Positions 39,441 through 47,581 of a stretch of 64,000 nt of DNA are shown here, in pieces. The stretch's first letter is position 1, and each line of letters opens with the position of its first letter. The position numbers were made by a program, and so were the translations under genes. The DNA is taken from assembly GCA_963764165.1 (NCBI GenBank), contig CAVXRD010000002.1, positions 704,001 through 768,000 on the forward strand. Direction: 5' to 3'. Source of the DNA: an uncultured Verrucomicrobiae bacterium. GTDB lineage: Bacteria; Verrucomicrobiota; Verrucomicrobiia; Limisphaerales; Palsa-1400. Below the pieces are notes generated by a model, which was not told where the DNA came from, did not search any database, and saw only the letters and a program-made list of their open reading frames with translations.

Positions 39441-40506
39441 AAAGCTTTGCCAGGGAAGGCGCCATCACGCGCGTGAAAAACTCCTGTCCGTTCTGATTTA
39501 AGTGTTCGAAATTATAAAAGAACCTCGGCACATCGTCCTGAGATATCCCCTTGAATAAGTGGCTGGGTGCAATCCCCATCATAATCAAATGGGAGCCGAA
39601 TCGATCCGGCCAAAAAGTCGGCTCGTCGATTACCGGCCTGCCTGTTTCCTCCCCTTGCGGCATGTGAAGGAAAACCAGTTTAACATGGTGCTGCTCCGCC
39701 AGGGCGCCGATCTTTTTCGCAAAGGCATCCTGCATGGTCGAAATGGGGGAGGTCGAGAAGCGGAACGCGTCCTTCGTGGCGCTCGAATAAACGCAAACAT
39801 CCGTTTCCTTCGCCTCGGGCTCGGGCGTGAAATCCTCGAATCGCCCGCCGGATCTCAGACGAATCGCCAAGGATCCCAAATGATCTGCCGGGCTCGCCAC
39901 ATTGGTGAAAGATCCCCAGCCAATCTCCGCCGACGGAATAACAGGGAGATTCGTTCGCGCCAGACTCAACAGGCTTCGCGGCATCCCAAGAATGGAACTG
40001 GAATAAAACGTTACCTTCGATGCGAGTGTGAGGCCGTCCAGATCCCCGGCATTATCCGCGAACCGGAAAAGAAAGGGGGCCCGCCTGTGAGCCACGTTGC
40101 CGCCGCCTGTGCTGCAATCGCAAATGACGATCATCCGCGCCCGGCGATGCTCAAGCAAATCTTTCATGATGAAGTACATCGCATCATAACCGGGCCCGTT
40201 CCAGCAGAGCGACCTTGCCACCGCCTTGCGCCCCAGGCGCTCGGAGAGCTGTTTTTCCACCTGCGGAACATCGATGCCCCACCACATTCTTGACGAACCC
40301 ATAAAGGCCACGTCGATATCCCCTTTCTCCTCAAAAATCTGATCGTGAAGATATGGGAACGAGCCCGCTCCCCAGGACAGGGATGAATAAATCTCTTCGC
40401 GCGAGGGCAAAAAGGAGCGCCGCATCACGACAGGCAGCAAAAGAATCGCTGCCAGGATGAAGACAAACGCGCCGGCTTGGCGAGTCGAGGAGAAAGCAGG
40501 CCTCAT
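39418..40506 (-). CDS. DltD/AlgJ-like membrane-anchored SGNH-type acyltransferase
   Basis: N-terminal TM helix; VAFMGSS nucleophile block; C-terminal FYNFEHLNQNG. ATG at 40506 overlaps the ACP stop (TGATG). Confidence 0.7.
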   Translation of the reverse strand: MRPAFSSTRQAGAFVFILAAILLLPVVMRRSFLPSREEIYSSLSWGAGSFPYLHDQIFEEKGDIDVAFMGSSRMWWGIDVPQVEKQLSERLGRKAVARSLCWNGPGYDAMYFIMKDLLEHRRARMIVICDCSTGGGNVAHRRAPFLFRFADNAGDLDGLTLASKVTFYSSSILGMPRSLLSLARTNLPVIPSAEIGWGSFTNVASPADHLGSLAIRLRSGGRFEDFTPEPEAKETDVCVYSSATKDAFRFSTSPISTMQDAFAKKIGALAEQHHVKLVFLHMPQGEETGRPVIDEPTFWPDRFGSHLIMMGIAPSHLFKGISQDDVPRFFYNFEHLNQNGQEFFTRVMAPSLAKLYEEQVKF

Positions 40507-40751
40507 CAGCCTCCCTCCGCGCGCTTGAGAATTAAATCCGCAAATTCCCCGATGTTCTTCGTCGTTTCCACTTCTCCAACTCGAAAGCGGATGGAAAATG
40601 CCTTTTCCACCGAGACAACGAGCGAGATGTGAATAAGTGAATCCCACTCGGGCACGTCCTTGGCCGAAAGCGCAGGAGTCAATACCACCGGCTCCAGAAA
40701 TACGTTGTCGAAAACACCTTGCAATTTCGCGATAACGTCAGATTGATTCAT
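40506..40751 (-). CDS. Acyl carrier protein
   Basis: 81 aa, acidic, DVPEWDSLIH phosphopantetheine site, VEKAFSIRF. Confidence 0.92.
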   Translation of the reverse strand: MNQSDVIAKLQGVFDNVFLEPVVLTPALSAKDVPEWDSLIHISLVVSVEKAFSIRFRVGEVETTKNIGEFADLILKRAEGG

Positions 40752-42606
40752 AAGCTCGGGAGGTAATTTTAATATGGGTGGGAATGGGCGCTGCGCTCTC
40801 CAGCGCCAACTCAAAAGTTCGGCGCCCCGGATTCTCCGCGACCAAGGCAAAGCCCATGCGGGTATAAAAATCCCGCACCATCTCATTCTTGGCCGTAGGC
40901 AAATAGATGCCCTCAAGCCGGGTGCAATCTCTCTTCTTCGCCAATCGCACCAATTCATTGAGAACTTCTTCTTCGACCTGCCGTTTAAGAACCCGGCAGC
41001 TCATAAGCCATGTGTCGATCTCCAAAGTCGAGCCGGAGCGGTGCCCAACGACAATGGAAATCAGTCCGTGATCCCCAAAGCGATCCTTGAGACGGACTGA
41101 GAATCCAACATAATCAGGATCGAGCATGAGCGCCTCGATTTCGGCCTCGGTGCGGCGCCGGGTGGTCAAGTTGAATTGATTGCTCTTGTTGATGAGCTGC
41201 GCAAGCCGCGGAACATCGAGCTTCGTGAATTCGCTGATCGCCGCCTCCATCTCGAGCGACTTCAGATACGAATCCATGTCCGTCACGGAAGCTTCAAGCG
41301 CCTTGCGCTGGGCGTCAGAACGGTATTGGCCCGTGCGCTCGGCGTCCTCGGAAGTGATGCTGCGCGGCTCGAACAACCGGCAATCGGCCAGCTGGCTGAC
41401 GTAGCCGGCCGGGTCCGGTCCAAGCAGAATGGTCGTCACTTCCGGGGCAAACTGGCGCACAATTTCAATTTCGGCCGGGTTGTCATCCACGAACACAAAG
41501 CTATCCAGCCCCAGGTTCAATTCCGCCGCCATCCTCCGCAGATTGTCCGACTTGGGATCCCAGTTGGCCTTGAAGGAAACAATATCGCTCATCCGCAAAA
41601 TCATTTCAGGATGTTTCTCAAACGCTTCCGCCGCCCTGGCATGGTCATTCTTGCTCACGACGGCCAGCAAGACGCCGCGCTGTTGAAGCGAGGCGATGTA
41701 TTTCTGAAATGCTTTGAACGCTTCGCCGCGCGGAGAGGTATCGCCCAGTTCAATGCCCTCCAGTCCATCATCCGCCACCACGCCGCCCCAGAGGGTGTTA
41801 TCCAAATCAAGCGCCAGCACTTTCTTGGGCGAGCGTTTGAGCGAGGCAATCAGATGGGCCGTTTCACGCGCAAATTCCACCAGCAACGCCGAGGAGCAAG
41901 GCTGTTTGCTTTCGAACCAGCCGCGCTCATCGCGCGCGTTCAAGCCGCCGCAGCGATTCGCCAAAAATTCCAGGTCGCACATGTGGACGTAGGCCGGGGC
42001 GTTGAGCCCCAGCTCCATGTTGACCCATTTGCGGAAATTCCAATCCGAACCCATCGTTCTTCCCCGGAACGCGCCCAGGTCATGGTGGGCGGGCAAAATG
42101 AAATTGGAAACGATCACCTCAGCGCCCGTCCGATTATGAGCCTGCCGGGCCAGCTCCAGAATTGACTGCGCCACCTGGCTGGCGGCGGCTTGCTGCGCTT
42201 CCCGCGAATCCGTCAGGCGCCCCTGATAGCGGCACCTCTGCTCGGAGGGCATCAGCAAAACAACTTCCGGCGCAAAAGAATAAAGGCCGCTGGCCTCATC
42301 CATGATTTCAGAAATATAGTTGTCAAAATCGCCCCGCCAAAACTCGCAGGGAGTCCCCTGCATCTCGCACAAGTGCTCGAGCAATTCGTGGAAGGGATAA
42401 AGACTGTAACCGCCCACGATGGCCAATTTTAACTGCTTTCGCAAAGGTGTCGGCCGGGCAATTTCGCGCGAGTAGGCCTTTTTCCGCCAATTCGACAACG
42501 AAAACAGTTCGTCAAAATATTTTGCCGTGCGGGTGTAATCTTCCAGGCAGCCCCAAACCGCAGGATCGCGCTGCAAAAGAAGGGTTTTGATGTTGCCTAT
42601 TTCCAT
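40738..42606 (-). CDS. FkbH-like HAD-IIIC protein (glyceryl-ACP loader) with N-terminal extension and C-terminal GNAT-like part
   Basis: LALDLDNTLWGG, VSKN, NWDPKS, FVDDNPAE, KSNQFN, DRFGDHG and LMSCRVL. Confidence 0.93.
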   Translation of the reverse strand: MEIGNIKTLLLQRDPAVWGCLEDYTRTAKYFDELFSLSNWRKKAYSREIARPTPLRKQLKLAIVGGYSLYPFHELLEHLCEMQGTPCEFWRGDFDNYISEIMDEASGLYSFAPEVVLLMPSEQRCRYQGRLTDSREAQQAAASQVAQSILELARQAHNRTGAEVIVSNFILPAHHDLGAFRGRTMGSDWNFRKWVNMELGLNAPAYVHMCDLEFLANRCGGLNARDERGWFESKQPCSSALLVEFARETAHLIASLKRSPKKVLALDLDNTLWGGVVADDGLEGIELGDTSPRGEAFKAFQKYIASLQQRGVLLAVVSKNDHARAAEAFEKHPEMILRMSDIVSFKANWDPKSDNLRRMAAELNLGLDSFVFVDDNPAEIEIVRQFAPEVTTILLGPDPAGYVSQLADCRLFEPRSITSEDAERTGQYRSDAQRKALEASVTDMDSYLKSLEMEAAISEFTKLDVPRLAQLINKSNQFNLTTRRRTEAEIEALMLDPDYVGFSVRLKDRFGDHGLISIVVGHRSGSTLEIDTWLMSCRVLKRQVEEEVLNELVRLAKKRDCTRLEGIYLPTAKNEMVRDFYTRMGFALVAENPGRRTFELALESAAPIPTHIKITSRAYESI

Positions 42607-42729
42607 TTATTTCAATGAGTTTTTCGCGATTAACGAGCAAGACAGTCTCGCTCTGACGCTATCAATCGGCAAACCACGGCGCAAGTTCATTCGCCGTGAA
42701 ATGCCGTGATTTCCGGCGCCAAAAAATTC

Positions 42730-42811
42730 AAACAGGAGCAAGACCCAGGGCGCGGAGGTGGAAAATCAAGAAGGGATTTTTTCCCTGCGCTCTCGGTTTT
42801 TCTCCCTGTTT
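42730..42811. repeat. Imperfect palindromic intergenic element (AAACAGGAG family)
   Basis: AAACAGGAGCAAGACCCAGGGCGCGG pairs imperfectly with CTGCGCTCTCGGTTTTTCTCCCTGTTT. Confidence 0.6.
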
Positions 42812-42841
42812 ATTTTCAAAGGCCCGGGGCCGATTCAATCC

Positions 42842-45838
42842 TCATTGCTGCATGACACGGTAGAAGAGACGATTGCTCACGCCGCTGCCGCTGTCGGTAA
42901 AATTGAAAAAAGGGCCGCTGAACACGGCGGATGGGATGCCGCTCCAATGGATGAGATCGGTCGAGGATTGCACAACGTAATTCGTGCCCGCAACGGCGTT
43001 GGTGACTGAGAAGTGAATCGGTCCATGCGGCGGGCCGCCGAGAGAATCGGCGACAATCGTCGGCGGCTGGTAGAAAAAGAGGGAAATGACAATGTTTCCA
43101 CCCGGACTGTTCGCCGCGCCGTCGACGTCAATGTGGTAGGCGGTGTTCACCGTGACAGGGAAATCGACATGGCTTGTGAACGTGTTGTGGAGGTTGGCGT
43201 CGAAGGACGCGACAGCAGTCAAATCGTCGAGCGCGAAGCCGGTAAAAACGGCCATGCGATTGTAGAAATCGCTGGTGACATTGACGCGCAGCCATCCGTT
43301 GGTCGGCGCGGTCCAAACCCACCAAACCGTGCGGCCCGCCGCCGGCGCGTAATCGACGATGCCGACGTTGGCGCCGAGGAGCGGTTCACCCGGCTCGGCG
43401 GAGGCATCGACGTTGTTGTTGGTGCCCGAGGCGATGTATCCGCTCAGGACGGCCGCGTTGGAGAAGCTGTCGCTGGCCGGAGGCGTGCCGGTGCCGATAT
43501 TTAAATTGATCGTGCCGGAGGCTGCGTTGTAGCCGAGCACGGCGATGTGATACGTAACTCCCGCCTGGGCAAGAATAGGCAAAACGCTGTTGGTTGGATT
43601 GGCGACGGGCGCACCGACACCGCCCAAGGTTGCCAGCGTGTCGTTGGTGAAAACTTCGAGGTCGGTAAAGAACGAACTGCCGAGCGTGCTGATGACCACG
43701 TTGCCACTGACGGGCGCAGTCCAACTCCACCACACCGAGCGGTCAGCCCCGTAATCGGACGGCTCGCCCGGCTCAAGGGTGGTGTTGGTGTTGGAGCCCG
43801 TGGCGCTGACGGGAAATCCTGTCAAAACAATACTGTCCGCAAAGTCATCGTTGGGCGGCTGCGAGAATGTCAGGGTCAATGAGATGCTGCCCACAGACGA
43901 ATTCTCGCCATCGACGGAAATCTGGTAGGTTGTCCCGGCGCTGACAGGGAAACGGACATCTTCAGCAGTGACCTGCGCATTGGCGTCGTAGTTGGAGGCC
44001 ACCGTCTGAAGTGTGGCCAGCGTGTTGTTATTGTAGACGGAGATCAATGGGCTGATGCCGCTGTAGGCGCCCGAAACCTCGAGCTTGCCGTTGGCCGGAG
44101 CCGTCCACGACCACCAGAGAGAATGAGCGGCGGGAGCATTGCCGTGCGGGGGCTCGCCGGGCTCCGCGGTGGCGGCGGAATTGTTAGCTTGAACGGTCAT
44201 GCGCGCCTCGGAGAGAGCAACACGATTGGCGTAATTGTCATTGCCGTTGATCGATCCCGTTTCGCTGAATTCAGCCAGCAGCGCGTCGGACCAGCCATCA
44301 CCGTAAATCGGTTGGAAGGCATCGGGTGTCGTGGGATAATACGCTGCGAATGAATACGGCGAATCGATGGCCAGCCCGGTAGAGCCAATAACAAAGACAT
44401 TGCCATTGCCAACGCAGGCCACGCCGCCGCAGCCGACCTGATAACTGTTGGCCAGATACCGAAGATAAAGATTGGTGGAACCTGTCGGATCGAGCTTTGA
44501 GACGTAGGCGGCGAAATTGCCTGAAAGCGTGTTGGCGGGGTCTGTTCCCACCGGCGCATCGTAAGACGACGATTGTCCGCAGACATACGCGTTGCCGGAA
44601 GGATCCAGCGCCAACCCGGCGAGGGTCGGGTAGATGTAGCCCTGGGACGCATACACCGGTTCGCGCATGTCCTCCGAGCCGCTGCCGCCGAGATAGGTCG
44701 CGTAGCGCAATGTCGTTCCTGTGGGATCGAGTTTCGCAACGAAAGCGTCCCAATTTCCGCCGCCGTAATTTGGCTGCGGGGCGTTGGTCGTGACGGGAAA
44801 ATTCGTCGCGGACGTCTGGCCAAAAATGCAAGCGCCGCCCGCCGAATCAACCGCTACGCAGGCCGCGATGCTGGCCGCGAGATCATCGCCCGGATCGGAG
44901 CTGAGGCCGTCGCCCAGCAGCGTTACATACTGCAGCGTCCCGAAGCCGGGAGAAAGTTTGGCGATGAAGGCTTTCGTCGGTCCGTTGGTTCCGATTTGAG
45001 TAAAGGCGGCGGCGGCCGGGAGATTGGTCGACGAGGTCTGTCCCGCGATAAATACGTTGCCGGACACATCCAATGTCATGCCCATCCCAAAATCGTCGCC
45101 CTCGCCTCCCAGGAAAGTCGATGACAGCAGATGCGATCCCGTGGCATCGAACTTTGTGAGGAACATGTCGAAACCGCCGCCGAGATTCGTTTGCAACGCG
45201 TCCGGCGTCACAGGGAAATTGGTCGAGTCCGTCGAGCCAAAGACAATCGCCTCACCATTGGAATTGACCGCGATGGCGCGCGCGGCGTCCGCGCCTGATC
45301 CTGAAAGGTAGGTGCAGTAAGCGAGACTCGTTCCGTCCGCGCTGAGTTTCGCGACGAACGCCTCCAGATTGCCCCCAAGGCCGTTAACCTGAAAGGCGTT
45401 GGTCGTCGGCAAGAGGTCTCCGGCGGTGCCGGCGATATAGGCGCAGCCCGCAGCGTCCACCACAATGGCTCGGGCGCTGCACCATGGAACCAGTGTGATG
45501 TAGGAAAACGCCTTGGTTGTTGGATTGAACTTGGCGACAAACGAACCCTGGGTGGCGTTCGTTCCCAAATAGCCGCTCGCGATACGGGCCGTAAATGGGA
45601 AATTCGTGGCCGATGACGAATAGCCTGTCAAATAAACAAACCCATCCGGCCCCGTGGTGATGGCCGCGCCGGTTTCACCGTTATCCCCGGGCGTGCCGCC
45701 CCCGAGGTAAGTTGAGTAGGCCAGGGCCGGCATCGTGGCGTTTTGGGCCTGGATCGGATGCGTGGGCGCAGCGCTGGCGAAAACCGCCAAGGCGAGAGCG
45801 GCAATTTGTCGTGGGCGGTAAATGGGAGCCAAAGCCAT
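42842..45838 (-). CDS. Secreted SBBP-type beta-propeller protein with three repeated beta-sandwich domains and the shared C-terminal domain
   Basis: Signal peptide; repeated YSTYLGG / STNFP / AFVAKL blades; three ND.F...EPGEP...WWxWTAP repeats; C-terminal YVVQSSTDLIHW...FYRV. Confidence 0.85.
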   Translation of the reverse strand: MALAPIYRPRQIAALALAVFASAAPTHPIQAQNATMPALAYSTYLGGGTPGDNGETGAAITTGPDGFVYLTGYSSSATNFPFTARIASGYLGTNATQGSFVAKFNPTTKAFSYITLVPWCSARAIVVDAAGCAYIAGTAGDLLPTTNAFQVNGLGGNLEAFVAKLSADGTSLAYCTYLSGSGADAARAIAVNSNGEAIVFGSTDSTNFPVTPDALQTNLGGGFDMFLTKFDATGSHLLSSTFLGGEGDDFGMGMTLDVSGNVFIAGQTSSTNLPAAAAFTQIGTNGPTKAFIAKLSPGFGTLQYVTLLGDGLSSDPGDDLAASIAACVAVDSAGGACIFGQTSATNFPVTTNAPQPNYGGGNWDAFVAKLDPTGTTLRYATYLGGSGSEDMREPVYASQGYIYPTLAGLALDPSGNAYVCGQSSSYDAPVGTDPANTLSGNFAAYVSKLDPTGSTNLYLRYLANSYQVGCGGVACVGNGNVFVIGSTGLAIDSPYSFAAYYPTTPDAFQPIYGDGWSDALLAEFSETGSINGNDNYANRVALSEARMTVQANNSAATAEPGEPPHGNAPAAHSLWWSWTAPANGKLEVSGAYSGISPLISVYNNNTLATLQTVASNYDANAQVTAEDVRFPVSAGTTYQISVDGENSSVGSISLTLTFSQPPNDDFADSIVLTGFPVSATGSNTNTTLEPGEPSDYGADRSVWWSWTAPVSGNVVISTLGSSFFTDLEVFTNDTLATLGGVGAPVANPTNSVLPILAQAGVTYHIAVLGYNAASGTINLNIGTGTPPASDSFSNAAVLSGYIASGTNNNVDASAEPGEPLLGANVGIVDYAPAAGRTVWWVWTAPTNGWLRVNVTSDFYNRMAVFTGFALDDLTAVASFDANLHNTFTSHVDFPVTVNTAYHIDVDGAANSPGGNIVISLFFYQPPTIVADSLGGPPHGPIHFSVTNAVAGTNYVVQSSTDLIHWSGIPSAVFSGPFFNFTDSGSGVSNRLFYRVMQQ

Positions 45839-45896
45839 AGATATTAAGCATGGGCAAAACGAGATTGCACTGTCAATTGATAAGCAACGAACGTGT

Positions 45897-46066
45897 CGGG
45901 TGTGAGACAAAGCTCTTCATCCCGCTTTGTCTCCCAGCGCCGTAGAGGCGGGAAACCTTTGTAGAAACGATTACCAAGAGATTTCAAGCTCTCCGTCAGG
46001 AGCGGCACCTGCCGCGCCTCTGGCGCTTGGCGGCTATGCGGCATGAGGAATTCCGTCTCACACCCG
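45897..46066. repeat. 12-bp inverted repeat pair in the divergent intergenic region
   Basis: CGGGTGTGAGAC (45897-45908) and GTCTCACACCCG (46055-46066). Confidence 0.5.
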
Positions 46067-46265
46067 TTCTTCGGCACGAATCCCACTTTTTAGCAGCGCC
46101 ATTATATCACGTTCCAGCTATAACTCTGCTAACCTGGCCAAATCGGATATGCACCCGCGAAGTGCCATCTGAACATGCGCAAACTTTCTCCTTGCCTCCA
46201 AGTCGGTGCGCCTTTCATGCTGCCACCTAACTTCAAGCTGAACGCTTTGACTCGTTGCCAATGGA

Positions 46266-46697
46266 ATGGAAACCGCGCGCATTATTGATTTTGCCAATAT
46301 CTCCGAAGGGTCGGAATACGAGCACGACTACGTCATCACCACCGCGGTATTCGAGAATTTCATGCGCGCCTTCGGGGATCGCAGCCCGGTGCATGTCGAC
46401 GCCGAATATGCCAGAGGGTGCGGCTTTCTCGACGCGGTCATGCACGGTGCGATATTGAATGGGTTTGTATCGCATTTTGTCGGCATGATTTTTCCCGGCG
46501 CCAACAGCCTGCTCCTGTCCGTCGAGCTGCGCTATTTGCAGCCGTCCTACCTGGGGGATGCTTTGCGTCTCCATGCGAAGGTCGCACAGAGGCAGGAAAC
46601 GGCCCGCGTTGTCGTCCTTCACGTCCGATTTCAAAATCACACGCGCGGCGTTATGGTTGCCAACGGGCGCATCCAAGTGAAAGTCAGGGGAGCGTGA
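46266..46697 (+). CDS. MaoC/PhaJ-like hotdog dehydratase
   Basis: FGDRSPVHVD.EYA...F...VMHG (catalytic Asp/His), FPG and LRYLQPSYLGD. Confidence 0.88.
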   Translation: METARIIDFANISEGSEYEHDYVITTAVFENFMRAFGDRSPVHVDAEYARGCGFLDAVMHGAILNGFVSHFVGMIFPGANSLLLSVELRYLQPSYLGDALRLHAKVAQRQETARVVVLHVRFQNHTRGVMVANGRIQVKVRGA

Positions 46698-47404
46698 GCC
46701 GCCACACTGTCATTATCACGGGGGGCACCAAAGGCCTTGGACTGGCCACCGGCCTCGCATTTGCCCGCGCGGGGCACAGGGTCATTGCCTGGTACGCAAA
46801 GGACGAGGTGGCAGCCGAATCGGCCCGGACAGAACTGCTCCAACTCTGTCCTGATTCCCTCACACTGAAGCGCGACGCCCGGTTCGAGAACGCTGATTTT
46901 TGGACCCTTCCGGAAATCACGTCGGCCGAGAGCCTCGTTTTGATCAACAATGCCTGGGGTTCGGTCGCACCCCGCCCGTTCCATCTATCGCCGTGGGAAG
47001 ACTGCGAATCCGCTTTGATGTCTGGATTGAAAGCGGGTTGGGAATGTTCCCGGGCGGTGGTGCGTCCGATGGCCAAAGCGGGCCGGGGAGCCATCATCAA
47101 CGTGCTGACGACCACAGTGCATGGGCTTCCGCCGAAGGGATTCGCCGCCTACGCCACCGCCAAACACGCCCTGCGCGGCTTGACGCTCTCGCTCGCCTCC
47201 GAGTATTCGGCACGGGGAATTCGCATCTTTTCAGTTTCACCCGGCCTCATGCCGACGGCCCTCACCGCGGGCTGGGATCCGCGATTCATGGAGGCGGCGC
47301 GCCAGCTCGGGCAAACCAGCGACCCGTCTGCGGCCGGGCAACGGATTCTTGAATTGACCAATTCGCCGGAGACACTCGGGCGCGGTGAGGATTATTGCGT
47401 TTAG
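46694..47404 (+). CDS. SDR-family (FabG-like) ketoreductase
   Basis: ITGGTKGLG, LINNA, YATAK and VSPGLMPT; GTG start overlaps the MaoC stop (GTGA). Confidence 0.88.
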   Translation: MSRHTVIITGGTKGLGLATGLAFARAGHRVIAWYAKDEVAAESARTELLQLCPDSLTLKRDARFENADFWTLPEITSAESLVLINNAWGSVAPRPFHLSPWEDCESALMSGLKAGWECSRAVVRPMAKAGRGAIINVLTTTVHGLPPKGFAAYATAKHALRGLTLSLASEYSARGIRIFSVSPGLMPTALTAGWDPRFMEAARQLGQTSDPSAAGQRILELTNSPETLGRGEDYCV

Positions 47405-47409
47405 TGTCG

Positions 47410-47469
47410 TGTCTCACAGTTTCATGGCACCGCACGGGAGCGGTTCACCCATTCGAGGCGTGTGAGACA
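47410..47469. repeat. Short inverted repeat sharing the TGTGAGAC core
   Basis: TGTCTCACA (47410-47418) / TGTGAGACA (47461-47469). Confidence 0.4.
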
Positions 47470-47581
47470 ACATGGGCGGGATTTCTCTGCCATAACCCCA
47501 AAAAACAAAACGAGCGACATGGGGTCGCTCGTTTTGCGGAAATGCATTCCCGATTAAGGGCGCATCAAGGTTGGCTCGCGC

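Noticed and set aside
42661..42720. c-di-GMP-I riboswitch (GGCAAACC start)
   Set aside because: The remaining consensus elements are absent and it lies on the strand opposite the FkbH operon.
38093..47404. PKS/NRPS or tetronate natural-product cluster
   Set aside because: No ketosynthase, FabH-like condensing enzyme or adenylation domain is present; the context is envelope polysaccharide.
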